64,000 bases of DNA from the human T2T-CHM13v2.0 reference genome, Homo sapiens. The stretch is taken from NCBI RefSeq assembly GCF_009914755.1, contig NC_060931.1. The stretch is one strand, 5' to 3'. Numbering within the stretch: the stretch's first letter is position 1; each line of letters opens with the position of its first letter. Shown here one piece after another: positions 15,171 to 30,122 of this stretch. The translations under genes and the position numbers were made by a program. The notes under the pieces are model-generated. The model was not told the origin of the DNA, ran no database searches, and saw nothing but the letters and a program-made list of their open reading frames with translations.

Positions 15171-16574
15171 GACACTGGCTCTTATGCTGAAGACTCTTAC
15201 TCCAGAAAGCCTGGGATGTTAAATGACCGACTTCCGCGGAGTTCTGCTCATGGGGAGAAGGGAGGGGTTGGGGTTCCCTATTCCATCAATGGAATTTTCA
15301 GTTATTCCCAATTTTCAGGCCTATGTTTCTCTCCAGGGCTTATTTATATCTGAGGCATTCTCAGGGCTTCTTCCCTCCCATGTTGGCAGTTGCCCCATTT
15401 GCTTTTATTCTTCTAGACTGTGGCTTCTCCATCCTTCTTTGTGAGCTACAATTTATTCATTTGCTTTCCATTTTCCAGAAATTCATTTAGCTCTTTCATT
15501 TCTTTTACTATTCTTCTTATTGTCAATTTAAACCCTTTTTTTTCTATTACTACAATTTTAATGAAGTTTGGGAGGAAGAGGGGAAACATTACATGTCCCA
15601 TTCACATTCTTGAGTCAGTTTGCACTTTGAAATGTTCTGGAAGGAGACAAGGACTGTGAGGGGAGAAAACGGTACCAATTTATACATTTCTGCACTGCTC
15701 AAGCTGTTGCTTTTGATACTATGTGCAAGCACTGTTTTTACAATGGGAAGAGAAAGAATTAGAATAAGAATCAATTACAATGACTTGCTGCCTCTTGCTA
15801 ATGTGGGATACCGAAAGCTTCCTTCAGAACCTCAAGGCCATAGCCCATGACACAGTCACATCCTGGTTTCTATTTTGTCTCTTGAATCTTTCCTGAAAAG
15901 TCTCTTGTTCTACTTCCTTCTTCTTTGATTCTTAATGCAGGTCGCTGTCAAGATTCCATTTTCAGCCTTCTCGTATGCTCCTGTTCTCAATTCTCCCAGC
16001 CCCCATGGTTCTTAATATCACCAACTGGCCAGCACAATTCTTAATCAGTCCCCACTCCTCCCCATGTGCCTTAATCCCATCTAAGTTTTACTACGTGGCA
16101 TCCTGTCAATAAATACTTGTTCATGTGACATAGCTATGCTAAAAAAGTAGTTTTTTGATGACTTCTAAGGACAGCAGGACTCTTTTGGTGTTTAGCTTCA
16201 TAGAAACCATTTTTAGCTTAATATATAACTATTCTCAACAAAAGCTCTTCAATAGGCTCATAACTGCTTCAGTGCTAAAATCTTAGCAGATTTTTTTATG
16301 TGGCCCTTCATTTTTTATTTATTTTGAGCATTTTAAGCCTTTGACCTGCAGAGGCTATTTTCTAATTTTAAAATTTAAGAAACTTCCATTTTTTAGTGTT
16401 CTTTTTTTCTTTTAAACAAACTTCTAGATATTAGCATTCTATACCAGACGCAGAAGTCTGTTTAAAAAAAAGAGCTATGGAAGAAGAAAATACATGCATT
16501 GTGTAGGCTAGAACAATTCTATTTTATATTTCTCTGCTCTAACTTTGTGTCAGTATAATACTGAGGCATCACAT

Positions 16575-16800
16575 TCTTTAATTTCTTACCATATATCAAA
16601 CCATGCTAAGCACTTTATATTCACTATTTTATTTAGTCCACACTACCACGTAAGGTATATACTATTATTATCCCATTTTATAGATAAGAATATTGAAACA
16701 CCCAGGAGTAGAGGAGCTTGCCCTAGATCTCACAGGCAGTAAGTGAGATAACCCAGGGAGGCAGGATATAAGCCAAGCCTGTCTGACACCAAAGTCGACA
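16575..16800. mobile_element. MIR
   Basis: ATTATTATCCCATTTTATAGATAAGAATATTGA...TTGCCCTAGATCTCACAG. Confidence 0.7.
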
Positions 16801-18236
16801 TCACTCTGCTGGTGTTTTTCATATTAGGGTTTGCCAGTCTCTGGGGCTCATGTTCCTTGGATTCAGTGAGTTCTATAAGCTTTTACACTTAGTGTTTGCG
16901 TATCTAATTATAGTCTAAAAGGAATTATATTGCCAGTTATAAAGACAAACTTCTCCTAAGGAAGTTTTGGTTTCTTAAGTCAGTTCTTCTGAAGACTGAG
17001 CCCAAGCAGCCCTTACAGTGTCTTTGTAAAACTTCTTTGCAGAACATGAGAATTTTTTTCTTGTAGGTACCTGCATTTTGCAAAGTTTATGAACCCTGTG
17101 TCATGTCATACTGATTTTCTTCCTATCAGAAAGAAGGCAGTCCATTGTATGCTGTGTGAAATATTTGCCAACTTAACAACTTGTCTTAGAAATCCTAGTT
17201 AGAATTTATTTTAGGTCCCCATATACTGTGTTTTCACTAAATTATTTAGTTAAACTTGAGCATTTGAAGAAGTGTTAGTACTTCACTTTTTAGTTGGGTA
17301 TATTCTACAAAGTCACTAATATATTTCTGGTTCTATATCAGTTTTCCTGAGGGAAACTCTCATTAAAAACATATTATTTAATTTTCACCTGCTGGCTTGA
17401 AGCCAAGTACATTTATTCACAATTGAATCCTTTTGACAGGTCCACATCTCTCAGATAGAAGTTACTGAAAATTGGGCCAACTCATACCTTTTAAACATAC
17501 ACACTCTGGAACTAAGAAGAAAAATTTATTAAAAATTGTGCAGCTGATTTGCTTATGCAAACATTTATTAACTTAAGACATTGTGATTTCTTGAGCACTG
17601 TCATTCTTTAAAAACAGTGACTGTGGGTGGGCTTAGCTAGAAAATATAAGGTGTGGAATTTACATTTGTGGAATTCAAGAACATTACCGTTGACTAACCA
17701 TATATATAATAATTCTTATTGACTAATGAGGCAAGTCTAAAAAACATTTTCCACTAACAATAGAACTTTACATGGAACTGCAACAATTTTGTTAAGAGTT
17801 ATTCCCTGTCTTGGGACTTGACTTCTGGTTAGTTTTTGGTTCATATGATAAATAAAGATCTCTAATATCAAGCACATATTATTTTGGGGTCCAACAAGAC
17901 AGAAGTGAGCCTGGCAGAACTGATCTAACTTTTAAAAATGCTTTTCATTTTATGAACTAAGGAGACCAGTAAGTAAACAAATACCTACTAAGTGAAATTT
18001 ATGCCCCACAAAGATGCTCAAGATTGTTGAAGGGAGGGTCAGGATGAATAGGAGGTGAAAGCAACGTGGCTCTGCAGTTCAGTATGGCTTTGGCATTTTC
18101 TTTCCTATTGATATTCCCTACTTTCTAAGAGTGTGATTTCTTTGTCATCATGCCCCAGTTCTCTTAGGTCAGACCCATTATTTGTTTATTATTATTCATT
18201 TTAAGTGGCATCAAGGGATCAATTTTTTAAAGTCTT

Positions 18237-18531
18237 GGCCAGGCACAGTGGCTCATGCCTGTAATCCTAGTACTTTGGGAGGCCATGGCAGGAGGATCAC
18301 TTGGGCCCAGGAGTTTCAGACCACCCTGGGCAACATAGTAAGACCCTGTCTCTATGAAACATAAAAAAAAAAAAAAAATTAGTTGAGCACAGTGGCATAT
18401 GCCTGTGGTTTGAGCTCCTTGGGAGGCTGAGGTGGGAGGATCACTTGAGCCCTGTGCAGTGAGTCATGATTGCACTACCGCACACTCCAGCCTGGGTGAC
18501 AGGGTGAGACCCTGTCTCCAAAAAAAAAAAA
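18237..18531 (+). mobile_element. AluJ-like
   Basis: Dimeric Alu with expanded central A tract and small right-arm deletion. Confidence 0.9.
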
Positions 18532-19289
18532 TTTTTTAAGTCTTTATTAGAATTTAGATTTGCTTGCTTGTAAAGTTTTACTTACATGTAGTACAACATC
18601 CACTTCTGTTTACTTTGAAGCACTTTCTGTAGGTGGAACTTAGAAGTATCTTGTCTGTCCCAGCGCCCAGGTAGGCCATGCTCAGGGGCAGGCCCTAGTG
18701 CTCTGCAGCACTGATCTTCGGTGGTGCTTGTTTGGATAGTGAGTGGAACTAGAAATTTTGGACCCCCTCACCCTCTGAGCTTCTCCATAGAAAATACAGG
18801 ATGCCAAGTTAAGTTTGAATTTCAGATGATTTCAATGAGCAAATATATTCAATTTATTTGCTGATTCTGGCCACCCTGCTAAACCTCAGTCTCCTCATAT
18901 GCAAACTGTATAATAATGGTACCTACCCCTGAGGCTTGCTTACCACCTGGTGTATATGCATAAGTATTTTATTTTATATGGCAACCCTAGTTTGGTAACT
19001 TATGCAAGGTTTTGCTCAAGTATTAGAGCCAGTTTTCTGATGCCAGGGCCTTATCCTCCATAATGCCTCAGTCAAGAACTCCTAAACTAAGAGCTCCCAA
19101 TGAGTAGAGTAGCCAATAATAACATTAACTATCATGTTGAAAATGTAAATATCAACAGTTGCCATATGCTGATTTTTTAATATTAATAAACAACCAGAAG
19201 CTTTCTATATCAGTACTTATATGTATATTTAAGGCAAAAAATAAAATTCAAAGAGAGGCAAATTTCTCACAATTTTCCTAGTAAATCTA

Positions 19290-19422
19290 TTTTTTTTTGA
19301 TATGGGATCTCACTATGTTGCCCAAGCTGGTCTCAAACTCCTGAGCTCAAGTGATCCTCCCACCTCAGCCTCCCCAGTAGCTGGGATTACAGTTGCATGC
19401 CACCTTGCCCAGTTAATTTTTT
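19290..19422 (-). mobile_element. FLAM-like Alu monomer
   Basis: Single Alu arm in reverse. Confidence 0.82.
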
Positions 19423-19617
19423 AAGTCATGAACTCAAGCATATTACAGAAGGGTCAAACTTTGATAGCTATCACTCTTTCAAAGTGGACTCTAGAGAAAT
19501 TAACAAATGCATGAAAATTAAACTTAAGTATTTAACTTTCTCTCCCACTGTTCAATGCCTTCCTCTTGCCTTCCCAGTGGCAGCCAAATGTCTCTGCACA
19601 GTATTTGAGACTCTCCA

Positions 19618-20004
<387 letters not shown>

Positions 20005-21481
20005 TCAGTCTTGAACTCCACCCTAGAGTTCTTGTATCCCTCAACTTTATGATACACTTCCTGCTCCAATATCTGTCTTTGTCTTGAAGTCCCTTCATCC
20101 TGGAAAGTGCTTTCCATATCTCAACCATGGGAAATCTTTTATCTCCAGCTCAAACACCCAGTTCTTTTTATGATACAACCATTATCTCCTCAGCTAACTG
20201 GCCCTGTGGCTGATTATGTTATTATACCACATAGCATTGCCTGCCTTGCAATTGTATTACTCTTTTCTCCTTGACTAAAATTTAGTTTCTTATGGTCAGG
20301 GGCTGCTTTGTTTTATTCTTTTCCACATTGATTTAGTACCAAAACTGATGCCTTTCCCAAAGTAATTCCTTAATAAAATAACTGTTGAACCAAAGTTAGT
20401 CCCAAAATACAAGAACAGAGCTCTGAAAGTTGCAGTGCTGTTTGTTGAAATTCTGCGAATCCTCCAAAAAGAAGGCTAAATTGGTTTGGGTGTGCTCACG
20501 ATGACTGGCAGTTAGGTTTTCAGCACTTAAAACCACTTTTCCTTGTCGTTAAAAACCGATACACATTCATTTTAGAAAATGTGTGAAGACACACACAAAG
20601 AAAAAAAATCATCAGTAAACTACCTTCCAAAGGTAGTAGCTGCTGGTTTTTCCCCCGTACATATAGAAATATTGTTTCTTTTCTCAGAAATTCTCAACAA
20701 AAGCAATATGGAAATGTAGACAAGGGCACATGGGAGAACAGGAGCGGATGTGAACTCCCAGGATCTAGTACTTCATGATTCTATGACCCTGCTTTAGTCT
20801 CTCCATCCCTCTCAGGCCCAGTTGCTCATCTGAAAAGTAGAAATATGAATACTATTTTTTATTCCTACAGGGGTTTTGGAAATATCAAATTATAAAACAT
20901 TTGACAGTATTTTATCAATTAAAAAATACTATATGCTTGGTTTTATTAGTATATTAACTGAATAGAAGATGACTCTATAGATAGATGGAGTGATCAGATT
21001 GAATCCTAAATAATAATTCCAGCTGGATGGACTTCTGCCTAGCTCTGTTACCTGAGTTACAAATAATCTTAACTTCACAAAAGGGAAAGGAACTTTTATT
21101 AAGCATCTATTACATGCCAGGTTCTGTGCTATCTGCCTTACACTTGTCTTCCCGTAGCACCACAAAATGCCCTTCCATACATGAGAAAAACCGAGATTCA
21201 ATGAGCAAAGCCACTGGTATTGTAAGATTAAAACAAAGGTGCATCTGATTTGAAGTCCCATGTTCTTTTCTATTTTTAAGTTAGAGGCACCTTTTAGGGA
21301 AAGTATTTTCATGGAATTCCTCTTATTCTTATGGAAATTCCTACTCTTATAGAAACTTTCAGAGTGATGGAAGGGCAGTAAGACTGGAAACATGAGTTAT
21401 TTTCATACAGATTCCCTTAGGAACATTTAAAGAAGTTGTGATTATTTCATTATTTCATCTTAGAAGAAAGAGTGAACTAAC

Positions 21482-21735
21482 TTTTTTGTTTGTTTGTTTG
21501 TTTGTTTTGTTTTTTTTGAGACAGGGTCTCGTGCTGTCACCCAGGCTGGAATGCTGTGGTGTGATCAAGACTCACTGCAGCCTCAACCTCCCTGGCTCAC
21601 ATGATCCTCCCACCTCAGCCTCTTGAGTATAGCTGGGAATAGTAGCTGAATAGCTGTGGTAGTAGAACTGCCACACCTGGCTAATTTTTTATATTTTTCT
21701 GTAGAGACAGGGTTTCATCATGTTGCCCAGGCTGG
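21482..21735 (-). mobile_element. 5'-truncated AluJ-like with (TTTG)n tail
   Basis: Right arm plus part of left arm. AAGAGTGRAC repeated at the flanks. Confidence 0.85.
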
Positions 21736-24401
21736 AAGAGTGGACAAATTTAAAAGGTGCTTGTTTGCAAGCTCATCAAAGGAAATAAATGGCAGATATT
21801 GACCTTTTGCATGTAATTTACCTAAAACTATCTTAAAATGTAATTTGGAAGTTTTTATAGCATGGTTTCTTTAGACCTAAACAGAGCTGCTGAAGGATGC
21901 TATAGAATTTCCTTCCTGATAGAATATTTGTTTTGAACAAGACAGGCTTATCTTTTTAGTACTTATTCATAGTCCTAATTGGAGGTGGAAAACTAGACTC
22001 AATCAAGGATGAGCATTTAAGTCAACATGAAAGAAAGAAATCATTATGAATTCTGCTGAAACTATGATTAAATGATATAGCACAGAGGATCTAAAATGAC
22101 ATTACAGTACAGAGACACATGAGGGTGCTCTAACCAACTGCTATAATAAATAAATTGTTCAAATATTGGGGAAAAATTAAGGCCCGTTATGAATGGCAGT
22201 GATGAATTCTGACTTTTAACATTAGCTAAACAGAGCAATCTTAGAATAGATGGTTTTTAAAAAAATGAAATATATTGCTCTCCCCTACCCCTCCCAGTTT
22301 AAAAAGTAGATGTTCATATTGGCCAATTTGGAAAATGCTGAAAAGCACAAAGAAGAAGAAAAAAAGTGGACTGATGTTACCGTCAGCCCTGGGAGGTGGG
22401 GGCTTTCTAGAGCCTTAGAGCCAAGCCAGTTGGAGGCTTAGCTCAGGAGGCCTGCCTTCAAACAAGCCCAGGCTGTTCTCATTTTGATTCCACAGACCTT
22501 CTGCTAGTACAAAGGGGGAGTAGAGACTGGGGGTCTAATGACCGCAAGAAGAGAATTAGAGACGCATGTTTATCTCAATACATTTACTCTCATTAAAGTT
22601 CATATTCACTGACATCATGCATCTCCTTGAAAAAGTCTGCCCACCCACCATTAATTAAAGCCACATTTTAAAAAGTCAGTGTGTGCACTTTTATTCCAAT
22701 CAAAAGTAGCCTCCTAAGTTTTGCAGAGCAGGCAGGAGAATATCTGAGGCCTGACAGCTGTTCACCTCTACACGGTGAAGAATCATGTGATTTACATTAA
22801 AAGTTGTGTTTATTCAGGGCCTAAAATATAATAGCTATGATCTATTGTCTTGAAGAGTTGAAACATTCAATATCTAATGACCTATTTAGTGAAATTAACA
22901 TTTATTTTGATAAGTCAATGTTCTTTTGGATACAATATCTTTTATCTTTCCAAATAGAGAAATCTAACTATATACCCTGTTTGAACAATTAAGCAGCACA
23001 CTCCTATCAAAGTCACCACACTTTATAACTTATACATGTACTATCAATGTTAGGACAAAGGTCAGTGTAAATTTTTTTATCCAAATCATTGCACAAACAG
23101 TAATTACCAATAGTTGTAGGATTGCACAACCATAGTCTATTTTCTTGGCAGTAGTGACTGTAAGTTCATAAATTCATGAAAATTAGGAATGTTGATTTTT
23201 AAAGTTCAAGAAAGGTACTATTTGTAAACAGTTCAGGTCACACTCATGTTATACCATGTGCTAAGCAAGAGTTCTTTCCTTCTAACTTCCTTTAAATGAG
23301 ATTTGTTCTCTCCAGGAGCCTAGTAAAGGGGTTTTCATCCATTCTTTTCTATTATTTTTCCTATTAAAGCCCCCCCAGGGACCTTTCAATTTTATGCTGA
23401 TCTTTCTTTATATATTAATATCAAACACATTTTTATGTTGTGTTGATAAAAGACAAATTATCGTTACCTCTTCCTATTGGCAATTAGATTATTCTAGAAT
23501 AGTTCTGAACAAATATTTGATTCACCCAGCCAGTTAATGCTTTCCACACAAAAGCATCAAGTACAGCATTAAATTCTCTAGTTATTCTGGTCATACCACC
23601 ATACCAAAAGACATGGGTCATCAGTGGGTCTGAACATTGGCATTGAAATGGTTTAATCCTAGGGTAAAGCACCCCTGGACTACGTGTTGAAACCTAACTT
23701 TCTAGTCCTTTCTACTAACTTCCTTGTGACCTTGAGTACCTTGAGGGCTTCAGTTTCCTCATTTAACAAATGATGGTTAAAGGGTGTACACTGACTGGAG
23801 CCCAGGAAGTTAGTCAGGTCTAGAGGAGAAGGGGCCAGAATACCCTCTGAGGATCATGTCTTCTCCTGGTCCACTTACTTATCCAGCACCAGAAACAACA
23901 AGGTGGGGCTTTTATGAGTGAGACTTGGGTCAGGTTCCCAAAGAGGGCATCCCTAAATCTAGAAGAAGCCAACAAACCATGCTTGATGAGTTGTTTTCAT
24001 GATACATGTAAGAAAAGATGCTCTGGGTCTTTATATCCCTTAGATATAAGCATTCAGTGTACCATTGCTATGTGGGATGAAGCACTATCCTAACCCACAG
24101 TTCATATCTTCTGCTTAAATGACAGTGTCCAGAGAGACCATAAAAGACTTGAATCAACACAATGCCAAACACAATGGGTGGACTCCTTCAACTAGCTATA
24201 GGAAGGAAGGTGGAGTGTGGGTGGGAATATTTCAACCTAGTTGTTGGTATTCTTCCGAACAAACAGCTAATGGCTGGGGGACAGTAGGAAGTTGTGACTA
24301 CACAGCATTTTATCAATTCTAGGGAAGTTTAAGATAAGCTCTGCCTAAGTGGTTTATAAAGCCATGCAGCCTACAAAATGAGCACCGTTGCATTTCCATA
24401 C

Positions 24402-24679
24402 CTTCCTGCCAGCTCTGTTGTTGTGAAGATTCATCAGGGCTCTGGCATCCTTTCCTTTCCTTTCCTTTGCATCCACAAATGCGCGGGCAAATTTGATCCC
24501 ATAGTCAATGTTATCACTGCAGCCACCCCAATCAAAAATGCCTTTGCTGTCCTTGGCGCTTCCCATCTTCTTTGGATCACAGGAACAGGATTTTACTTCT
24601 CCTTGGCTACAGGCCCTGGTGATGGCAAATACAACTCCAGCTGAGGAGATGGCATAAACAAAGGCAGATTCCCGACTAC
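24402..24679 (-). CDS. WNT2: WNT2 coding exon 3 ([15 protein letters not shown]...WGGCSDN...[11 protein letters not shown])
   Basis: Acceptor TTTTGTTTCAG|G, donor AAG|GTATGG, 278 nt. Contains Wnt motifs RExAFxxAI, WGGCSDN and MNLHNNxAGR. Confidence 0.98.
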
Positions 24680-27600
24680 CTGAAACAAAAATGCTTTTCT
24701 TAAAAGTGGTCCGGTAGCACTATTTCTGAATAACTTTCATATGACAATTGTTTAATATTTGCTCTGTTTCAGACAACCTTTGCCACTAGACAACAAGGTA
24801 CTGATATTCTTGAAGGGTTCTTTTCTAGAGCCCAGGCTCTTTCTTTAATATGAACCATCTCCATCTAATATAGGTTTTTGTCAATTTAGGTATCTGTGTG
24901 GCAGCTCTTCTTAAATAAGCAGTATCAAAGAAAAAGATGGCCTTGCCCAGCTCCTGGCTTCACATTAGTCTCAAACACAGGCTTGCCCTGTTTCAACAGA
25001 GAGCTCTAGATGTCCTAGAAGAGAGGAGCATAGCATCTCTAGGCCTTTTTCTTTACAGTCTGAATGCTACAATTCTATCATTCCACAATATAGTTGGGTA
25101 CTCATGACACCACAGCTTTCCTCAAAATATCCTTCCAAACCTCCAGGACTTACTGAAGATACTCATATGCACTTAAATTATTGAGAATGAAATACTGAAT
25201 TCAAAGAAATCTAGGGACTAAGGTGGGAAGAGAATTCTGGCAGTAACCAGCCCCTTGCATTAACACTGGAGAGCTTGGGCTTGGCATTGACTTTCATAAG
25301 TAATTGAGAGATTGCTGAAGGCAGTATGCAATATCCTTGAGTTACATACTATATGTCTAACTATTAAGGTGAATTTACTTTCTTCTGGAACACCTGCACT
25401 AATCACTGGTATTGGGTAAAAGACAGTGAAAAGTTTTTCTTTGGTTTTTCTGGAAGGAAACAAATTTACCGCCTATAATTAGACTTGGGCAAGAACCCTT
25501 TGGGGTGCTTTCTTAGAATTGTTCTTTATTAGAGCACAGGCTACTTTCACTTACAGGCTGAAAGGTACATATTTCAGTGCAATAACTACATTAAATTATT
25601 TTAATAATCTGTAGTAACTCATAACACGGTGTTGTGGTATAGTGACAGATATAAGGCTCTTTAGGGTCCGTGTGCACCTCATTTTTCAAGTGGAGCTGTA
25701 TTTCATTGTTATTAGCATGCCCTTTTATTAATGGTTGCTGCGGCAAATATATTAACAATCCAAATAGAAGCTGGATAACCTAATGCCAATGCAAGGCAGA
25801 AAACAGAGAACCATTTGGTGATTCAATATGTCAAGAGGAGTGTGACTTTTTGAACCACACAGCTGGGAGAGCAAACCACCTTTTCACATTGAAGCCCTGC
25901 TTGTTTCCGTTTGTCATTCAGTGCTAAAATTTATTATACATCCCTTGCAATATTTGCTCTGCTAGTCTCATTATTAAAAATCAGGAAAACATATCTACAC
26001 CATATTAAATGGCACTTACCTCAGCTTTCAGAAAATATTTACCCCCCAAACCTCTAACCATCAAAAAAGGAATCAATCATGCCCTGTAGTTAGGTAAAAT
26101 CAATTATATGACTATTCGCCATAGGTAGCAGGTAGTGCTCTCCAGAGGGAAATATGATGGTTACGAGAGCTGTTTTAAAGAGTCCCAGCTTATACTATAT
26201 AGACCACAGATATTCTAAGTGGAATTGAGATGTTTTGTAAAAGAAGGCGACTAATACATGCTAATGTGACTTAATCTCAGATAGTGGCTTTCAGATAAAT
26301 TAAACTTTTATTATATCCATTTTACAGTTTAGGAAAATACCTTTTCCATAGTTACCCCATTTATCTTCTAAAGCTTGGTTTGGGATTTAGAAGCCGGCGC
26401 CCATGTTTAGAGAGATCACATAGAGGAGGAAATTCCCAAAAGCTTAAGTATGTAGCACTAGTCTTATTTTTTAAGGAGAAAGAAGAGACATTTTATGAAG
26501 TGGTCTATTACGGGAAAGACATGGAAGACGGGGATGATACTATATCAGGTAACCAGACAGTATTTCGAAAGCAACAAGAGAAATAAATTGTCTAGGTGCA
26601 GAATTCATCCTGGTATAACTTGGAAACAATTACATTAACTTGTTGACTGAAAGAAAACAAATCACAATCTGCTTCATTTCAGAAATAATTTCCAAAGCAA
26701 AAATATGACTTTTCTAAATATTTGTCATGTATTATTCAAACACATTACTAAATAGCTAGATGTTCCTTTATTTAAATTAAAAATTTAGCACATTGACTGG
26801 TTTTTCATTTTACCTCCAGATGGTTTGGTACCATGTAGATATAGCCCTAAAATGTTTTCAGTTACGTGTTTAGATGAATCACTAAAATGTTATGTGTGAA
26901 GTAGTAGCACATTTCAAGAGCTGGCTTTGTAACAAAACAAATTTTGATCTTGGGCCTTTTCTTAGAAAGATCCTTTTTACAGCTATCACAAAATGAAACA
27001 AAATCCAAATCTAAGTGGTGACATCTGTATTTCCTAATGTGTTGCTATTGAAGTTTCTCTAATTTTTGTATGGAGATAAATCAAGCAATGCCTATTAAGT
27101 ACATAGGCACAGTTTTTATTTGGGGTAGAGAGATTGTTACCTAGGAAGGCAAAACTCTAGAAGCTAGGGTTTCTTGAAGGTTATGGATTGTTCAATTCTC
27201 TTTAAAGTATTTGCTTTATAAGAAAATATTTATAAGGATGAGAACTAATTACCTTTGTGTTTTCTAAGGCTAATTCTAGAATTTTGGAGGTGTATTCTTG
27301 CAGGAATATTTTTAGTTTTGCTAGTTCTGTCCTTGTTTCTCTGCCTGTGACTGGTAACTATCTGTTGAATGAGTAAATTACAAATGTTTCTAAAAATTGT
27401 ACTGTCTTATTCTGACTCTCTAAAGTCAAACAGGCAAATGTTCTCCATTTCTCTATGACCACGGGACATTTTGGTAATTTTATGTTCTTCTTATAAATGG
27501 TCTTGCCCTTTGCCTTTCCTATTCATCTATGAGCATATTTAGGTGTCCACAACTCTAAGACGTAACTTTTTCTCCAAGCAACTAATTGTAGAAATCTTTG

Positions 27601-27874
27601 GATAGCTTCATTGGAATTTCTTGATTATTTCCAGGATAAGCTGCTTTAGGCCAAATTCAGCCCTCCCATAACCAACACAAAATCATCACTGACAGTCACA
27701 AGAGTTTGCATAAATGTCTGAGAGGGAACCTGGCCTTCTGTGAAGAATGGAAAGAAATTGTGTAGCATGAGTGGTTTAAGTTCTGAGTACTGTGGCAAAG
27801 TATTCTGCTTCATCTGAAAAAAATCTGAAGGAAGTACAAGTTAGAATCTCTTATTTACCTGAGGTCTAGACTAA

Positions 27875-28131
<257 letters not shown>

Positions 28132-29895
28132 CTGTTACCTCTAGTTCGAACCTCCTTCATCTCAGCAATTCTACAGCTCTGAAGAAAATAATAGTGTCAA
28201 GATTAAGTTACAGTATTTTATAAATGAATCCCCAGCTTTGATGGATATATTTTCTTTAGGATCACTGGTCAATATTGCTTCCTTTGATATGTGATCTAAA
28301 GGTTTTATTCAAATATGTAGATATCTTAATAGATCCAGAGATGATCATTTCATAAATGAGATGTACATCTAATTTGAAATCATTGCAAAATGGTTGTAAG
28401 CACTTTGAAAAAAAATCCTGATATGTTTTAAACACTGAGAGCCATGCATAATATATCCAAAGATTACTCGTGCTAGATATTTGCAAACTCTCTTTAACAA
28501 GGTCCAGTTTCTTTAATTGATTCACTGGCAAGATAATCTAGGTGAAGTCTTAAAATTCCATGAAGCTGAAATTTATTATTAACCTTTCAAAAATTTGCGA
28601 TGTCATATTGAAACTCCAAAAGGAATGCAGAAGAATATAGTTCTTAAACTAGAGAATAAAATTGCAGAATATCGCAGTAAATTAACTTTAGGGATACTCT
28701 AAGAATGAGAGTACTACGCCCTTGGGGGATTTTAGAGACATTCAGTTATGCATTTGGCCTCATAAAACCCTAGGGCTGTGATGATTACATGATAGAAACA
28801 CCCTCTGTTAAGCATTACCAAGTGCACAGTCTGGATGATTTTCTTAGGAATTGGGGGGGGGGTAGGCAAAAACAAGTAAAAAGTTTCCTATTTTGGGGGT
28901 TTGCACATAAACTGCTGTGTTTTCTGTCAGATTTTCTAATAGCAAATGGACTGTGGTGTTTCCTGGAGAATGCTAATAATGCCAGGTTAGCAGATGGGTA
29001 TTATTTGAAAATGAAATATGATTTTCAATTAATTTTCTTTGATTGTGTCCTAGCTAGTGAGCTACTTTCCATATTCAGAACTTTTAAGAAGTTTACTACG
29101 TAATTAGAAAATGTTTAAGTTTCCTGCTAAGGAAGAAAAAACCTCTATGTATTCATGTTTCCCACCTCTATCCTCCATAGCTATCCTTATTGCTTAAAAT
29201 GTAGCTGGAAAATAATAGGTAGCCACTACAAGTTTATCCACTCATTCATCATAATGAATGAACAGGGCCTGCAATACACAAGGCACCAAGCAAGGTGCAG
29301 GGAATATAGGTTAGTTTCTGCCCTTACAGAATTTACAATCTGTTGGGAGGAAAAATGTTGAATTTAGACACAGAGGCAACAAGGCTGAGTAGCTAAATGG
29401 AAGGTGAAAAGTGGTGAGTAGAGATTTGTCTCTGCTTCTTAATATCACTTAAGTGGTGTTTTTGCAATACTGATAATCCTTTGCTGAGAAAAGATTTGAA
29501 GATTCTATGCTGATGATCTGCTCAAATTCTTCTGGAGGAAGCCCCAGAAAGCCAAGGAAAAAGTCAAAAGAGACTTGTGGCTCCTCCCTCTCGTCTCTTA
29601 GAGACGAAGTCTGAACCTGGAGGATGTGCCATATTGGAGTGATGGACAGAGCAAAGAGTGAAAAGACAACAGCCTGGGGTTCTACTTCTTCCTTTTGATT
29701 CACCTCTTACAAACCTCTAGACATGTTCCTTGATTTCTCTAGTCCTCACCTGTAGAACAGGGACAATGACGCCCAACTGAACAAACTTCTGATGGAATAA
29801 AATGCAATAGAAGATAAGCAGGGTCTTTGAAGATGGAGTGAGGGAGCTGTGCATGAGTGGAGAGCCATAGGGCTGGGTGAAGGCAGGAGACTTAC

Positions 29896-30122
29896 TTCGG
29901 AGTAGGACCCTGCCAAAAAGGCTGTGATCCCTGTCCAGGGTGTTGCAATTCCAGCGGTGCTGGCGGAACTGGTGCTGGCATTCTGCTGTCCACTCGGCCA
30001 CGCCCTGGCTAATGGCACGCATCACATCTGGATGTCGGTGACACAGCTGCCGCTGGCTGCTCACCAGGCCTGGCACATTATCGCACATCACCCTGGAGGA
30101 GCCACCTGTAGCTCTCATGTAC
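29896..30122 (-). CDS. WNT2: WNT2 coding exon 2 ([20 protein letters not shown]...[12 protein letters not shown]...GRVLLR)
   Basis: Acceptor CCTTATAG|G, donor CGAA|GTAAGT, 227 nt. Contains the Wnt ECQxQFxxxRWNC motif. Lies inside ORF 29717..30157. Confidence 0.98.

Noticed and set aside
20610-20645. Hairpin ACTACCTT-CCA-AAGGTAGT containing let-7-like AGGTAGTAG
   Set aside because: An 8-bp stem with a 3-nt loop and a 9-nt match is far too short for a pre-miRNA and is compatible with chance.
20929-21393. 154-aa minus-strand intronic ORF as a nested gene or extra exon
   Set aside because: Overlaps MIR/L2-like degenerate sequence, has no domain, and is not needed for the continuous WNT2 frame.
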